A stretch of DNA of 64,000 bases from Acidobacteriota bacterium. GTDB lineage: Bacteria; Acidobacteriota; UBA6911; RPQK01; JAJDTT01. Where the stretch lies: the NCBI GenBank assembly GCA_965263035.1, contig OZ253580.1, forward strand, positions 2,048,001 through 2,112,000, in the 5' to 3' direction. Each line of letters begins with the position of its first letter. The stretch's first letter is position 1. Under the pieces are notes generated by a model. It saw only the letters and a list, made by a program, of their open reading frames with translations, ran no database searches and was not told where the DNA came from. The translations under genes and the position numbers were made by a program. Shown here in pieces: positions 40,587 to 51,106 of this stretch.

Positions 40587-42308
40587 CTAGTTAACGGGTA
40601 CGGTGGAAAAAACACGCCCCGTGAACCGGAGCCCAATCATCGAAAAATCCGAATGGGCGGAGGACCGGACCTTCAGGAGATATACAATCCCCGAGACCGG
40701 AGGCGGAGAAATCAGCTCGTTGACGAATCCGGCTACGTTCGAGTGCGCCGCCACGGCCACGGATCCTGTGCCTACCGTACGACCCGCCGAGTCCTGCAAT
40801 GTGAGGTCATAAGTTCGCGAGAGATTCGTATTGTTCGCAATCGCCAGCCCGAGTTGAGCTCCGTCCCGACCGTCAACGATGATGCTATAGCTTGAGGACT
40901 CAACCTCCGTCGGAAACACCGTAGCTTCTGCGACCTTCGTTCCGAATTTGTCATAGGATGAATAGGTGAGTTGGCCGGATACAAGTGTGTCACAGTCTAC
41001 CGTTGCATAGCCGGTCTGGATTCGGCCAGTGCCCGTCGTTCTTGCCGACACGAAGCTACTGCCTGGAACGGTCACCGTGAACAAGGATGATCTTCCGTAA
41101 CCTCCAAAGTTCGCGTCCATGCCGTACAATTTCAGGCGGCAGATGGCGTCGCCACTCCTCGTGCGTGTCAGCGAAATCGTGGTTCGATAGAATGCGCCGT
41201 CGCTGAGAGCTCCAGTGGCAACCTGTGGGAATATCATGAGCGCGTTGTCATTGTTGGGAGGGAGAGGGGGATTCGCGGTTTCGAGGTTCCAGTTGAGGAC
41301 GATGTTGCCCGTTGCAGTTCCACTGCTGCCACTGAAACCGGCGACTCGAAACCTGTAGACTGTCCCCGCTGTCACGTCCAGGATCACACGGCTTTGCAGT
41401 CCGACGTCATCATCGCTTTCCGCAAGTGTCCTCAGCGCATTGACCCTCGTTCCCGTGTACACACCCAGAGTCGTGTCGAAACTGCTGGCCACCGTGTCAA
41501 CCGTCGCCGTCCCGCTCGAAATAGGGCGCCATTGCCACCACACTGACGAGGCCCCCTGGCCCGGTTCACCAGTCTCTACGGTGGCTCCGACGTTGCTGCC
41601 GATCGTCCTTCCCGTCGGCCCCGAAATCGCTAGTGCGTTCGAAAACATGTCGTTCGGCGGCCGGGTTTCTCCAGGCGGCGGCCGGGTTTCTCCGTATAGC
41701 TCGGCGACCCCGGCAATATCATCGACTTGTGGCGCTACGATGGTGCTTCCGAGGCGCTGGAATGTGGCCATGATGGCGGGGACATCGTCCTCGTGGTCCA
41801 GCCCAAGTGCATGGCCGAGTTCGTGTACGGCGAAACGGCGGAAGTCCACTACCCCCACCCAGTTGCCTGTCCCATACGGACCATCATAGACGTTCCAGGA
41901 ATACGCATTGTTGAAGTGAATATTTGATTGGAGCTTTCTTCCTTGCCTCGACCACCAAGTCGTATAAGCAACGATATTTTCACCAAAGGCATCACCACAA
42001 ACATCGCTCGCAAAACCCACTCCATTCTCAAAGTCTCCGGCGCTGGTTTGTGTCGGGAGGCCGTCACATGGATTCTCGAAAGTGTCGCGCCTTATCCTGA
42101 ATGCGAAAATGGTCGCGGCATTCCAGCGGCCCATCGCTTGCTCGAAGGCCGTATTCCACAAACCATCGGCCCCGGGTAGGTCCACGTTAAAGGTTGTAGT
42201 CGCGGAAGGCCACCTATGGTCGTGGAGGACATAGGCTTTGACCGCCGCCGCAAAGATGACGGCCAAACTCAACATCATCCACACTAGCAGTACAGACGGG
42301 CTCCTCAA
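40587..42308 (-). CDS. Matrixin (M10)-family metalloprotease with C-terminal beta domains
   Basis: Signal peptide; HELGHALGLDH, Met-turn AIM; PPNDMFSNA pre-peptidase-like domain. Confidence 0.88.
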   Translation of the reverse strand: MRSPSVLLVWMMLSLAVIFAAAVKAYVLHDHRWPSATTTFNVDLPGADGLWNTAFEQAMGRWNAATIFAFRIRRDTFENPCDGLPTQTSAGDFENGVGFASDVCGDAFGENIVAYTTWWSRQGRKLQSNIHFNNAYSWNVYDGPYGTGNWVGVVDFRRFAVHELGHALGLDHEDDVPAIMATFQRLGSTIVAPQVDDIAGVAELYGETRPPPGETRPPNDMFSNALAISGPTGRTIGSNVGATVETGEPGQGASSVWWQWRPISSGTATVDTVASSFDTTLGVYTGTRVNALRTLAESDDDVGLQSRVILDVTAGTVYRFRVAGFSGSSGTATGNIVLNWNLETANPPLPPNNDNALMIFPQVATGALSDGAFYRTTISLTRTRSGDAICRLKLYGMDANFGGYGRSSLFTVTVPGSSFVSARTTGTGRIQTGYATVDCDTLVSGQLTYSSYDKFGTKVAEATVFPTEVESSSYSIIVDGRDGAQLGLAIANNTNLSRTYDLTLQDSAGRTVGTGSVAVAAHSNVAGFVNELISPPPVSGIVYLLKVRSSAHSDFSMIGLRFTGRVFSTVPVN

Positions 42309-42889
42309 GGTAGGCGGCCAGAGTATCGACGGACCGCCTGCTTGAACTGGAACACCGTTACGGCAGCCGGTGACCTTCCAGCTTTGTCTAGAGATAGCCC
42401 GCGCGCGATTCCATCACTCAATCTTTCGGCTGGCAGCTGATCGTCGGAGCTCAGTCCAGTCACAATGCGTCTATTCCGAGTGGCCATGATTCGTTGACCA
42501 TTTGATTCAAGGATCAAGAAGTGGCCCTGGTCCATGCCGTAGAGTGGATTGACCTGAAAACGTTCCAGCGATTCTACAAAGTAGATGCCCATCTCTCCTG
42601 GTTTTGGCATCGTTGAATCCGCAACATGCAGGCTGATCTCATCGACCGTGCCCCCTAGGAACCGCAGCGTGATTTTCGTTTGGCTGTAGGCGCCTTTGAT
42701 CACGTCAAACACGCGAAACGTGACGTAGGTGTGAATATTGGTTTGATTGGCATCGAAAGTCGAAGTCACGCCGATGACTTCACCTTCGAAAATAAGTTGG
42801 GAAGATGTGGAGAGTTGTTTCAGGCTGACCGCCAAGACGCTGGAAGAAGCTGCCGCGTCCGCACAGACACAGAGTGTCAGTGCAATCAT
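42305..42889 (-). CDS. Secreted hypothetical protein, partner of the matrixin
   Basis: Signal peptide; LIFEGEV, IHTYVTF, KG, LRFLGG, YGMDQGHF; 4-nt overlap with the protease gene. Confidence 0.75.
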   Translation of the reverse strand: MIALTLCVCADAAASSSVLAVSLKQLSTSSQLIFEGEVIGVTSTFDANQTNIHTYVTFRVFDVIKGAYSQTKITLRFLGGTVDEISLHVADSTMPKPGEMGIYFVESLERFQVNPLYGMDQGHFLILESNGQRIMATRNRRIVTGLSSDDQLPAERLSDGIARGLSLDKAGRSPAAVTVFQFKQAVRRYSGRLP

Positions 42890-43027
42890 GACAATGAAGC
42901 GCTTTCTAATCGACTATGTCCCCCGCGCTGAACCGCCCCTGATTTTCTGAACAGAGTGAGGTCATAGTAAATCAATCTGCTGAATTATTCGCAATGCTCG
43001 GATGCGCCGCCAGGTAGGCTCCCCTAG

Positions 43028-44786
43028 CCCGGAAATCTCAACAGAAAGATAGATAAAGGCCGAGTATTCTGCTATAAGTGTTGTGATATCAATAACTTAC
43101 AAAGCAGAAGGAACGCGACCTTATGAACGCAGAGTGTACCAGAACAAAGCTCAGATTTCAGGGCCTGGACGGACGGGACGTCGTGGGCCGGTTCGACGGT
43201 GGCGAGATTACCTCTGACGCCGGTGGCGTGCTCTTGCGCGAAGTGGAGCAGCGGACCCGGATTCTGGGCCGGCTGAGCGAGTGCTTCACCGACTATCGAG
43301 ACCCGGATCGAGTCGAACACCCGGTGGAGGCGTTGATCAAACAGCGGGTGCTGGGGCTGTGCCTGGGCTACGAGGACCTCAACGACCACGACGAGTTGTG
43401 CCGGGACCGGCTCCTGGCGCTACTGTGCGACCGGGACGACCTGACGGGGGAGTTCCGGCGCGTGGAGTCGGATCGAGGCAAACCGCTGGCAGGCAAGAGC
43501 ACCCTGAACCGACTGGAGCGGACTCCGTTGGAGGGACCGGAGGGCGCGTACAAGAAGATCGTGGCCGACCCGGCGGGGATGGACGAGCTGCTGCTGGAGG
43601 TGTTTGTGGAAGCGCATCCGGAGCCCCCGGAGGAGGTGATCCTGGACGTGGACGCCACGGACGATCCGCTGCATGGGAAGCAGGAGGGACGGTTCTTCCA
43701 CGGCTATTACAAACGCTACTGCTACCTGCCGCTGTACGTCTTCTGTGGGGAACATCTGTTGTGTGCGCGGCTGCGCACGGCGGATCGAGGCGCGGCCCAC
43801 GGGGTGGTGGCGGAGTTGGAACCGATCGTGAGGCGGCTGCGTGAAGCGTGGCCCCAGGTGCGGATCACGGTTCGAGGGGACAGTGCCTTCTCCAACGACG
43901 AGTTGATGGTCTGGTGCGAGAAGGAAGGGATCGATTACGTCCTGGGGTTGGCGCAGAACGATCGGCTGAAGCGGAGGATCGCGACCCGGATGGAGACCGT
44001 CCGGCAGTTGCAGCGGGTGATCGGGAAGGCGGTGAGGCAGTTTCAGGAACTACGCTACCAGACGCGGGACACGTGGTCGTGCGAGCGTCGGGTGGTGGCG
44101 AAGGTGGAGCACCTGCCCCGGGGAAAGAACCCGCGATTCATCGTGACTTCGGTCCCGGTCCAGGAATGCGATGGGCGCAGATTGTACGAGGAGGTCTACT
44201 GCGCGCGGGCAGACATGGAGAATCGGATAAAGGAACAGCAGCTGGGTCTGTTTGCGGACCGCACGTCGACCCGGAAGCTGGCGGGGAATCAACTGCGGTT
44301 GTATTTCTCGGCGTTCGCCTACGTGATGATGGAGACGTTGCGACGGGTGGGACTGGCAGGGACGAAGCTGGCGCGGGCGCAGAGCTGGACGCTACGGGTG
44401 AGATTGCTGAAGATCGGGGCACAGGTCCGGATCACGACGCGCAAGGTCTGGCTGTCGTTTTCCGAGAGCTACCCCCATGCGGGGTTGTTGCAGACGGTTC
44501 TGGCGCAAGTGCAAGCCCTCCCGCTTCGCTGTTAGCGAGAACAAGCCCTATGGAAGACGCCCGGTTGGGAGTCCGCGGGACGGACTCTGCCCTGGAATCG
44601 GCTCTTGGGGGAGAAACGTCGCTCATGAGTGCCGGTGGGAGGTCAAATGCCCCTGCGCATCGCCGGATTTCGGCTTTCGTCACCGCATTCGGGTCGGCCA
44701 GACGGCTCTCGAATTCATGTAGATAAGAAAACCACTGAAATGCTGTTAAACCAACTGATTATCGTGTCGGTGTTGAGAAATGGGGG
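43028..44786 (+). mobile_element. IS1380-family insertion sequence
   Basis: Ends CCCGGAAATCTCAACA / TGTTGAGAAATGGGGG, flanked by CTAG / CTAA; contains an intact transposase. Confidence 0.85.
43123..44535 (+). CDS. IS1380 transposase
   Basis: FDGGEITSDAG, GYEDLNDHD, LDVDATDDPLHGKQE, RGDSAF, MENRIKE, NQLRLYFS. Confidence 0.95.
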   Translation: MNAECTRTKLRFQGLDGRDVVGRFDGGEITSDAGGVLLREVEQRTRILGRLSECFTDYRDPDRVEHPVEALIKQRVLGLCLGYEDLNDHDELCRDRLLALLCDRDDLTGEFRRVESDRGKPLAGKSTLNRLERTPLEGPEGAYKKIVADPAGMDELLLEVFVEAHPEPPEEVILDVDATDDPLHGKQEGRFFHGYYKRYCYLPLYVFCGEHLLCARLRTADRGAAHGVVAELEPIVRRLREAWPQVRITVRGDSAFSNDELMVWCEKEGIDYVLGLAQNDRLKRRIATRMETVRQLQRVIGKAVRQFQELRYQTRDTWSCERRVVAKVEHLPRGKNPRFIVTSVPVQECDGRRLYEEVYCARADMENRIKEQQLGLFADRTSTRKLAGNQLRLYFSAFAYVMMETLRRVGLAGTKLARAQSWTLRVRLLKIGAQVRITTRKVWLSFSESYPHAGLLQTVLAQVQALPLRC

Positions 44787-44870
44787 CTAAGAAAAACCGG
44801 CGATGGCTTGTGAAGCCTAGATTCAATTTGAATTGCCCCCCCATGGTTCCCATCCCGTCGAGGAAAGGAG

Positions 44871-45821
44871 ATGATTAGGAAATCTGCTATGAATCATCCG
44901 AAGCGCGAAATTACTGAGCCGACTCGCCGCAACATCGCTGATGAGTTGGACCTGCATGGTGTAGCTCCCTACGGTCGGCTGGACGAAGTACAGTTCTTCT
45001 CGAGAATATTCAATCTGGAGGAGTTACCAACACGTGATTACCGCAGGCACCAATTCCCAGATATGGCGGCTGATCTTTGGCAGCACCGGGTTAACAACCT
45101 CGACTGGGACGACGGTTGGTGGTGGACGGATGACCGTCTGAATTTGCTACGCGGGTCCGATGAGACGTTCCTGCGCTTCCTTGCGGAGATGGTTCATCCT
45201 ATCGTCCGTCCTGATGAGGCAGAACGGGAACTCTGTCTTGAGGTCTTCAATAGGAACTTGTCGGCAGAAGGTTGGGAGATCGGCGCCGTGAGCCGAGTCG
45301 GTGCCCATCGAATCTACGGTGGACGACGCCTTGAGCAGATGCCCCACGCCGTTACTGCCGAGGCCAGAGAGCTGGCCCAAACCCTAGGTGACTATGTCAC
45401 CCGACAGGTTACGCGCATGGAATTCGCCATCCCCAATGATCCCCATCTTGCTATCGGCACGGCAAAAGAATTTGTCGAGACCATTTGTAAAACGATCCTT
45501 GAAGAGCGCGGAATCAACATCTCGGAGAACGAGGATTTTCCTGGTTTGGTGAGACGGGCGGTGAGGAGCCTGCCGATTGTTCCCGCCAGTATTGATGACC
45601 GGAACCGGTGGGAAGGGACCATTACTCGGCTAGTGAATAACCTTTCGTCTCTAGGCAGCAGCCTTGCGGAATTACGCAATGCGTTCGGCACGGGCCACGG
45701 TCGAACGGCCGCGCATATAGGCCTCGATGTCCACCATGCACGACTCGCGGTGCGGATGGCGACTACAGTTGGTGTGTTCATGTATGAGGTGCATGAGAGG
45801 AATCCCAGTTCCGCCCAGTGA
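44871..45821 (+). CDS. AbiJ-like abortive infection protein (AbiJ N-terminal + Abi C-terminal HEPN-like domain)
   Basis: YGRLDEVQFFSRIFNLEELP..D.R, FLAEMVHPIVR, AIGTAKEFVETICKTIL, ELRNAFGTGHGR. Start may be 44889. Confidence 0.85.
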   Translation: MIRKSAMNHPKREITEPTRRNIADELDLHGVAPYGRLDEVQFFSRIFNLEELPTRDYRRHQFPDMAADLWQHRVNNLDWDDGWWWTDDRLNLLRGSDETFLRFLAEMVHPIVRPDEAERELCLEVFNRNLSAEGWEIGAVSRVGAHRIYGGRRLEQMPHAVTAEARELAQTLGDYVTRQVTRMEFAIPNDPHLAIGTAKEFVETICKTILEERGINISENEDFPGLVRRAVRSLPIVPASIDDRNRWEGTITRLVNNLSSLGSSLAELRNAFGTGHGRTAAHIGLDVHHARLAVRMATTVGVFMYEVHERNPSSAQ

Positions 45822-46852
45822 GTTGCTATTCCGACACCCTTCTTAGGGGAACTATCAAGGGAAGTTGATAGGATCCAAAAGATAGTATGAAAACACCTTG
45901 TGAACATACTTAAGCCGGCTTCCTGCTATGCACGAATCTGGGGTCATCCAATTCATAGACGGACGGGCGACCCCTTCGGACGCACCAAAAACCTTGTGCC
46001 CATCACACCTCCAAACGACATGCACTACTTCAATTCCCCGGATTCGTGATGTTCTCCAACCTCCGAATCAGGACGTAATTCACCTCCCGAGCCGGCTGTC
46101 CCGGCCTGCGTTTTGCAATCTGCATTCATGGTCGCCAGCGGGTCGTCCTCTTGGCGCGGGTCCGAATCCTTCTGTTGCTTTGCTGTGGCAAGAATCCAGT
46201 AGGGATTGAATTCTCATTTGCTAGGAAACCCTCTAAGGCTCCGATCTGGTTCGCTGTCTAACGCTGTCCACGTCTTTTCCATGGCTTGACCGGATGGACG
46301 GTCCACTCGTCATGTCCCACTCCCCGGCTGGCGTTAGCATCTGGTGCCCGTGATCAACAGTGATCGGTAACAGGACTTCTCCGTTTCGGATAAATTCGCG
46401 CTCTAATGCACTCAGGGCAGATCGAGTCAGCACCCGCGCTGGCCTCTTGACCCGCTAGCTTTTTTCGCGAAGGCCCTGGTTCGCGGCGTGGGTCGCCGTG
46501 TTGGGCAAGCTGTGGAACCTAGTGTTGGCATCCGACACGGTGGCCTTTGTCTTCCGTCTCGCCGGCGCTGGGGGCCGGACGTCAGGTTGGACTCCGGACT
46601 CGCTTGGTGCTCTCACCGCCGGGGTCGAGTTCTATCGCATCGAGCCGCCTAGACTACGCGCCCGCAACCGCGTCCGCTAGTCCATGTTCGTAATGGTTGC
46701 CTGTAACACATCGATGTCAATAGGTCCCGACCCGGAGTCGTTGGCTGCCCCCCCCTGCGACCCGGTTTGGTCGCGCCCGGGTCCGAGCCTCAGGAAGCCA
46801 AGTGTGCCAGAGGCTGTGGCCCATCCTGCGCATTGAAATTAGCTCTTCCCGT

Positions 46853-49447
46853 CTATCTGCGGCGCCTCCGAATGGTGGTAAGCCAATCATCAAGCGCGGC
46901 GATATCCGCCTCGAGAGACGCAGGCTCCGGGATGTCCGCACGCGCACCTGCTGCCTGGTCGTGGCCCGGCAGCCATCTCGAGCACTTCGTCATCGCGGTC
47001 TCAACTGCCCTGCAGTCCTGTACTGCAATGTCCGCGATCACAGTGACATGCTGCGTTTGCACGCCGGGCCTGTAGCGTTCCACGACGCCGCCGAGAAGCA
47101 CTTCTTCAAGGCCGCGCTCCCATGCCTCCCGTAGCAAACCATAAATAAAGCTGGCCTCCTTTTCGTAAGCAGCTTGATGACCGTCGCGGTGGAGCTTCTT
47201 GGCCTGCTGGAGCAATTTTCTCAGATGGCCGACGCGTTTCGAAACTTTGAGGGCTACCCACGGCAGTTCTTCGACGCAGACGCCCGCGCCTATTGGGAGA
47301 TTCCTTACATGCTGGTCGAGTTGTGCAACGCCCTTGTCCTCGGAAAATTGCTTGAGAAGGAGTAGGAACATCACATCGTGCGTGAAGACAATGACCTGCC
47401 TTGCCTTCGCCTCCTCCACCAATCGGCGTGCGACGCCCTCTCGCCACTTATAGTCAAGCGAGGACACAGGGTCATCGAACACAATCCCTGAAGGATCGTC
47501 GGCAGTGCTGAGTTCCGCGAAGAACGCGGCGATGGATAGGCAGCGCTGCTCTCCCTCGCTGACCACCTTCGGCAATTCGACGCCGGGGGCACGCGTGAGG
47601 ACAAGCTTGTGGTACAGAACACCCTCAGCTCCACCGGCTTCGTCTAGTTCGACTTCCACGTGCCGGAAACCAAGTCTTGAAAGCTCGTCCCGAAAACTCT
47701 GCTTGAGTTTCTGCGTGACCACCTCGCGCGTGACCGTGGTGCTCTTCCTCGTAATCGCCTGGGTCTTGGTATCGTCGATGCACAGGCCATAGGCGGCGTA
47801 CCTGCTCTTGCGCTCGATCTCATCGAGGACAAGCTGCATGTGCCGTGCGAGTAGCTTGCGGGCGCGCAGTTCTCGAGCTTCCACGCTTAGCCGTTTCCGT
47901 TTTTCGTCGACGGCGCTTGTACGCAGTGTCTCCGCTCGCTCCGTGATCTGGCGTGCAACCGTGTTGATGGCGCCCCCGACGGAGGCTAGGGCTGGGCAAT
48001 CCCCGGCAAGGTCTCGATCCTCGCTCAATGCCGAAACGATAACCCGACGGCGCTCTTCGGCAGCTGCAAGCGCCGTCACGAAGGTGTCCGCCACGGCCTC
48101 ATGTTCGATACGAATATCTTCAATTGTTTCGTTAATGGACTCCGTCGAGACCTTGAGGTCCATGAAGTTCCTCCGGAGTTGCGCGACGGTTTCTCGGACC
48201 CGCCGGAGTTCCCGCTCGGTGGTCGAGGCTACAAACGCCTCGAATTGCTGGAGTCTGTGGCGGGCATCGTCGTCGAGATCCTGCTGGCAGAGCACGCAGC
48301 GCGCGCCGTTCTCCACGACCGGAAAAGGCTGCTTGGAATAGGCGGACTCCTGCGAAAATCGGTGGGCGGACTCCCAAAGCGCAGCCCAGGTTTCCGAACC
48401 CGTGCCAGCCAACATCCCTGTCTGGAAGGCAGCCGCCCGAAGTCTCTTCGCCGCCTCTCTCTTGCGGCGACCTTCCGCTCGGGCATTGAATGCCGTATCA
48501 ACAGCTTCCGCTGCCAGTGCCGCTTCCACAGCTTTGAAATGCCGGGCCAACCCTTCGACACGCGAGCCGCGAAGGGTGAGCTGGCGGATCAGTTTATTGG
48601 GATCGCTTGCTTGCAGGTCCAGAAGTGACCTTTCCAGCAGTGTGAGACGGGATTCTTCCTCCGCCGAGAGATGTGCGAGCGCCTTCACTGTCTCTGGCTT
48701 GGTGAGCGAAGTGATGTTCGCCAGCAATCTTGCGACAGCGGTTCCTTCCGGTATTTGGGATTGCACGGTTGCAAGGGCGCTTAAGGCCAAGGACTGTTGC
48801 TCTCTCTCAAGCTGAACTCGGATGGCCTTGCAAGCTCTGACCAGGTGGTCGAAGAGGTCAAGTCCAAAGGGCCGGAAGGCGACATCGGTCTTTTCCGTGA
48901 GGTAAACGGCGGCGCACCGTGCGTCAAACACGCTCACACGGGAGATAAACCCGTCCCCACCCTGACCGGCCCATTCGAATGGGTCGTACTCCGTGCCGAC
49001 TCTATACCTGATTGCCACGTCGGGTGTTGGCGGCATGGTCCCCGACACGACATTGCCGAGGATTTTCTCCTGTCCGCGGGCACGGCACGCGCTCTTGAGG
49101 ATGCGGATGTAGCCGGTCTTTCCGGCAGCGTTGTCGCCATAGACTACAGTGAGGTTCGGGCCGAAACTGAGGGTCTGGCGTTCCGCAAGGGCGTTCACGC
49201 CCCGGTGATGAAATATGGATAGGAGGGAGACCGGTGGAGTGGTGCCGCACCTATCCGGCACGTGATCCTTTGTGAGCGGTTTAGCTTCTTGCTGTTCGGC
49301 GAGACCGTGCGCAGCTTTGCAGATTTCCGCGAGCGCGCGAACGTCATCTTCGAGAAGCTCGCCGTTCACAACTAGGCGTCGTAGCGTGTCAGACTGCCAA
49401 GCGGGGCGGCCATGAGACCATTCGAAGATTTCTTGCAGGACGTTCAC
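46853..49447 (-). CDS. SMC/Rad50-like ABC ATPase with zinc hook and HEPN-like C-terminus (RloC-like)
   Basis: YGDNAAGKT, long coiled coil with CVLCQQ hook, SEGEQR signature, IVFDDPVSSLD, VFTHD, C-terminal LREAWER...RWLPGHD. Confidence 0.75.
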   Translation of the reverse strand: MNVLQEIFEWSHGRPAWQSDTLRRLVVNGELLEDDVRALAEICKAAHGLAEQQEAKPLTKDHVPDRCGTTPPVSLLSIFHHRGVNALAERQTLSFGPNLTVVYGDNAAGKTGYIRILKSACRARGQEKILGNVVSGTMPPTPDVAIRYRVGTEYDPFEWAGQGGDGFISRVSVFDARCAAVYLTEKTDVAFRPFGLDLFDHLVRACKAIRVQLEREQQSLALSALATVQSQIPEGTAVARLLANITSLTKPETVKALAHLSAEEESRLTLLERSLLDLQASDPNKLIRQLTLRGSRVEGLARHFKAVEAALAAEAVDTAFNARAEGRRKREAAKRLRAAAFQTGMLAGTGSETWAALWESAHRFSQESAYSKQPFPVVENGARCVLCQQDLDDDARHRLQQFEAFVASTTERELRRVRETVAQLRRNFMDLKVSTESINETIEDIRIEHEAVADTFVTALAAAEERRRVIVSALSEDRDLAGDCPALASVGGAINTVARQITERAETLRTSAVDEKRKRLSVEARELRARKLLARHMQLVLDEIERKSRYAAYGLCIDDTKTQAITRKSTTVTREVVTQKLKQSFRDELSRLGFRHVEVELDEAGGAEGVLYHKLVLTRAPGVELPKVVSEGEQRCLSIAAFFAELSTADDPSGIVFDDPVSSLDYKWREGVARRLVEEAKARQVIVFTHDVMFLLLLKQFSEDKGVAQLDQHVRNLPIGAGVCVEELPWVALKVSKRVGHLRKLLQQAKKLHRDGHQAAYEKEASFIYGLLREAWERGLEEVLLGGVVERYRPGVQTQHVTVIADIAVQDCRAVETAMTKCSRWLPGHDQAAGARADIPEPASLEADIAALDDWLTTIRRRRR

Positions 49448-49509
49448 TGATCTGGACCGGTTTTCAAAATATCATCATTGCGTGATTCTGGCCTCTGTTG
49501 CTGGCTTCC

Positions 49510-49538
49510 CTGTTCCCCGCACACGCGGGGATGAACTG
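49510..49538 (+). CRISPR. Solitary type I-E CRISPR repeat
   Basis: CTGTTCCCCGCACACGCGGGGATGAACTG; no partner repeat at +/-61 bp. Confidence 0.75.
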
Positions 49539-49844
49539 ACGATTGGTCGTTGGTGGGTCAAAGCGTTTCGACAAGCCTCGCTACCTACTGGAACTCGACA
49601 AGGCGCCCGAACAGGTTGCAGGATGCGGTTGTAACTGTTCACGTGGATACCCCGCATGTCGGGTTTCCTGCTGAATACAACAGCCATGAACTCGGCAAGG
49701 GGTAGCGCCCCTCGCTTGTGGCGAATAGGCAGGGCCTCTCCGCGTCTGCGTGAATGGTTGCAAGGCCCGACACCTTGGGCGGGTCTTGAGCGCGAGCCCA
49801 GATCTGGGAGGGAAGCATGAATTCATGGGGGATTATATACGAAA

Positions 49845-50423
49845 CTAGTGTGGTGTCCCGGAAATACGAATGGATAATCTTTCGAGCTTGTCGAGGATGG
49901 ATTGAGCCGTGGCGGCCCACACGAAGGGTTTCGCCTCTTCATTGTATCGGTGCGTGAACTCTTCAATGGTCTTCACCAAGTGCCTCACGTTGCGGAACGA
50001 GTTGCGCTTGATCGCCCGCTGGGTAATCAAGCCGAACCAACGCTCGACTTGGTTGAGCCAGGAGGCGTAGGTCGGCGTGAAGTGTAAATGGTAACGGGAC
50101 CGCTTCGCCAACCAGGCCTTGACGCGTGGATGCTTGTGGGTGGCGTAGTTGTCGACCACCAAGTGGAGGTCCAGCTCCGCCGGCACCTCCTTGTCGATCA
50201 GCCTGAGGAAGGCCAGGAAGTCCTGGTGACGGTGACGCTTCTTGCATTGGGCGATCACGCGACCGGTGGCAATATCCAGGGCGGCGAAAAGGGTGGTCGT
50301 CCCGTGGCGGATGTAGTCGTGCGTATACCCTTGGACGTAGCCGAGACCGAGCGGCAGCGTCGGCTGCGTCCGGTCCAGGGCCTGGATTTGGGATTTCTCG
50401 TCGACGCACAGCACCAGGGCATG
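49845..50423 (-). pseudogene. IS630-family transposase, 3' half with right end
   Basis: [45 protein letters not shown]; N-terminal half missing. Confidence 0.9.
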
Positions 50424-51106
50424 TAGGAACTATGGATCGGGAAGGCGCTCAAGCTCCATAGGAACAGGCAGAAGGCAAAGCTAGTCCTATTTTTCGGCGA
50501 TCCGAACGCACATGCCGATGACTCTATCCTCGAATCGACCAGGTGAGGTCTGTCTTCCGTGGGATGGGGAGCTTCCTCCCGGACAGCCCGCTCCGTGTCG
50601 GTTTACGGACGGTTCGGGTACTACGCCTTGCCGGTACTCCATCCGCGCCAGTATCGGCTTTCCCAGCGCCCTGGTTTGGAGGGCCTTCGGCGGACGTCCG
50701 GGACGCCCGCCGCATAAGTGTCGCTGCTTGATCCCGGGTTCTTCACTGCGTGCCCGCGTGCCTCGTCCATAGCACGGCCCGTTAACCCTCGCGCCCGTGA
50801 TACGTGCCCCGATAGTATTGATCCGATCCTTAGGTCAAGTTTTGAACCCGTCTTTGGGTCACAGTCCTGTTCAAATCCTGCATCAATCCCTCTTTATCAA
50901 CGACTTGACCCAAAGACTCCGTAGAAGGCCGTAGCGCGTATCGAAGGTGCTCAGGTATGCCTCACGCCCTCTGTGTCGATCTGGGGCCGTCTGGGAGCCG
51001 GGAATCCGCACCCCAGACTCCCGTCAAACCCCCATTCCGGCTCTCCGGGTTCGGGGGGGGGCGTCCATGGTCGTCACACGGGGACGATAAATTTTGGATA
51101 GCTTAG

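Noticed and set aside
38383-44850. IS3-like terminal motifs at about 38458, 42929 and 44829
   Set aside because: Too short and without a transposase; could be IS scars but not supportable as features.
45822-46852. 1-kb gap between abiJ and the rloC-like gene as an ncRNA or hidden gene
   Set aside because: Only short ORFs without motifs, and no convincing long-range pairing seen.
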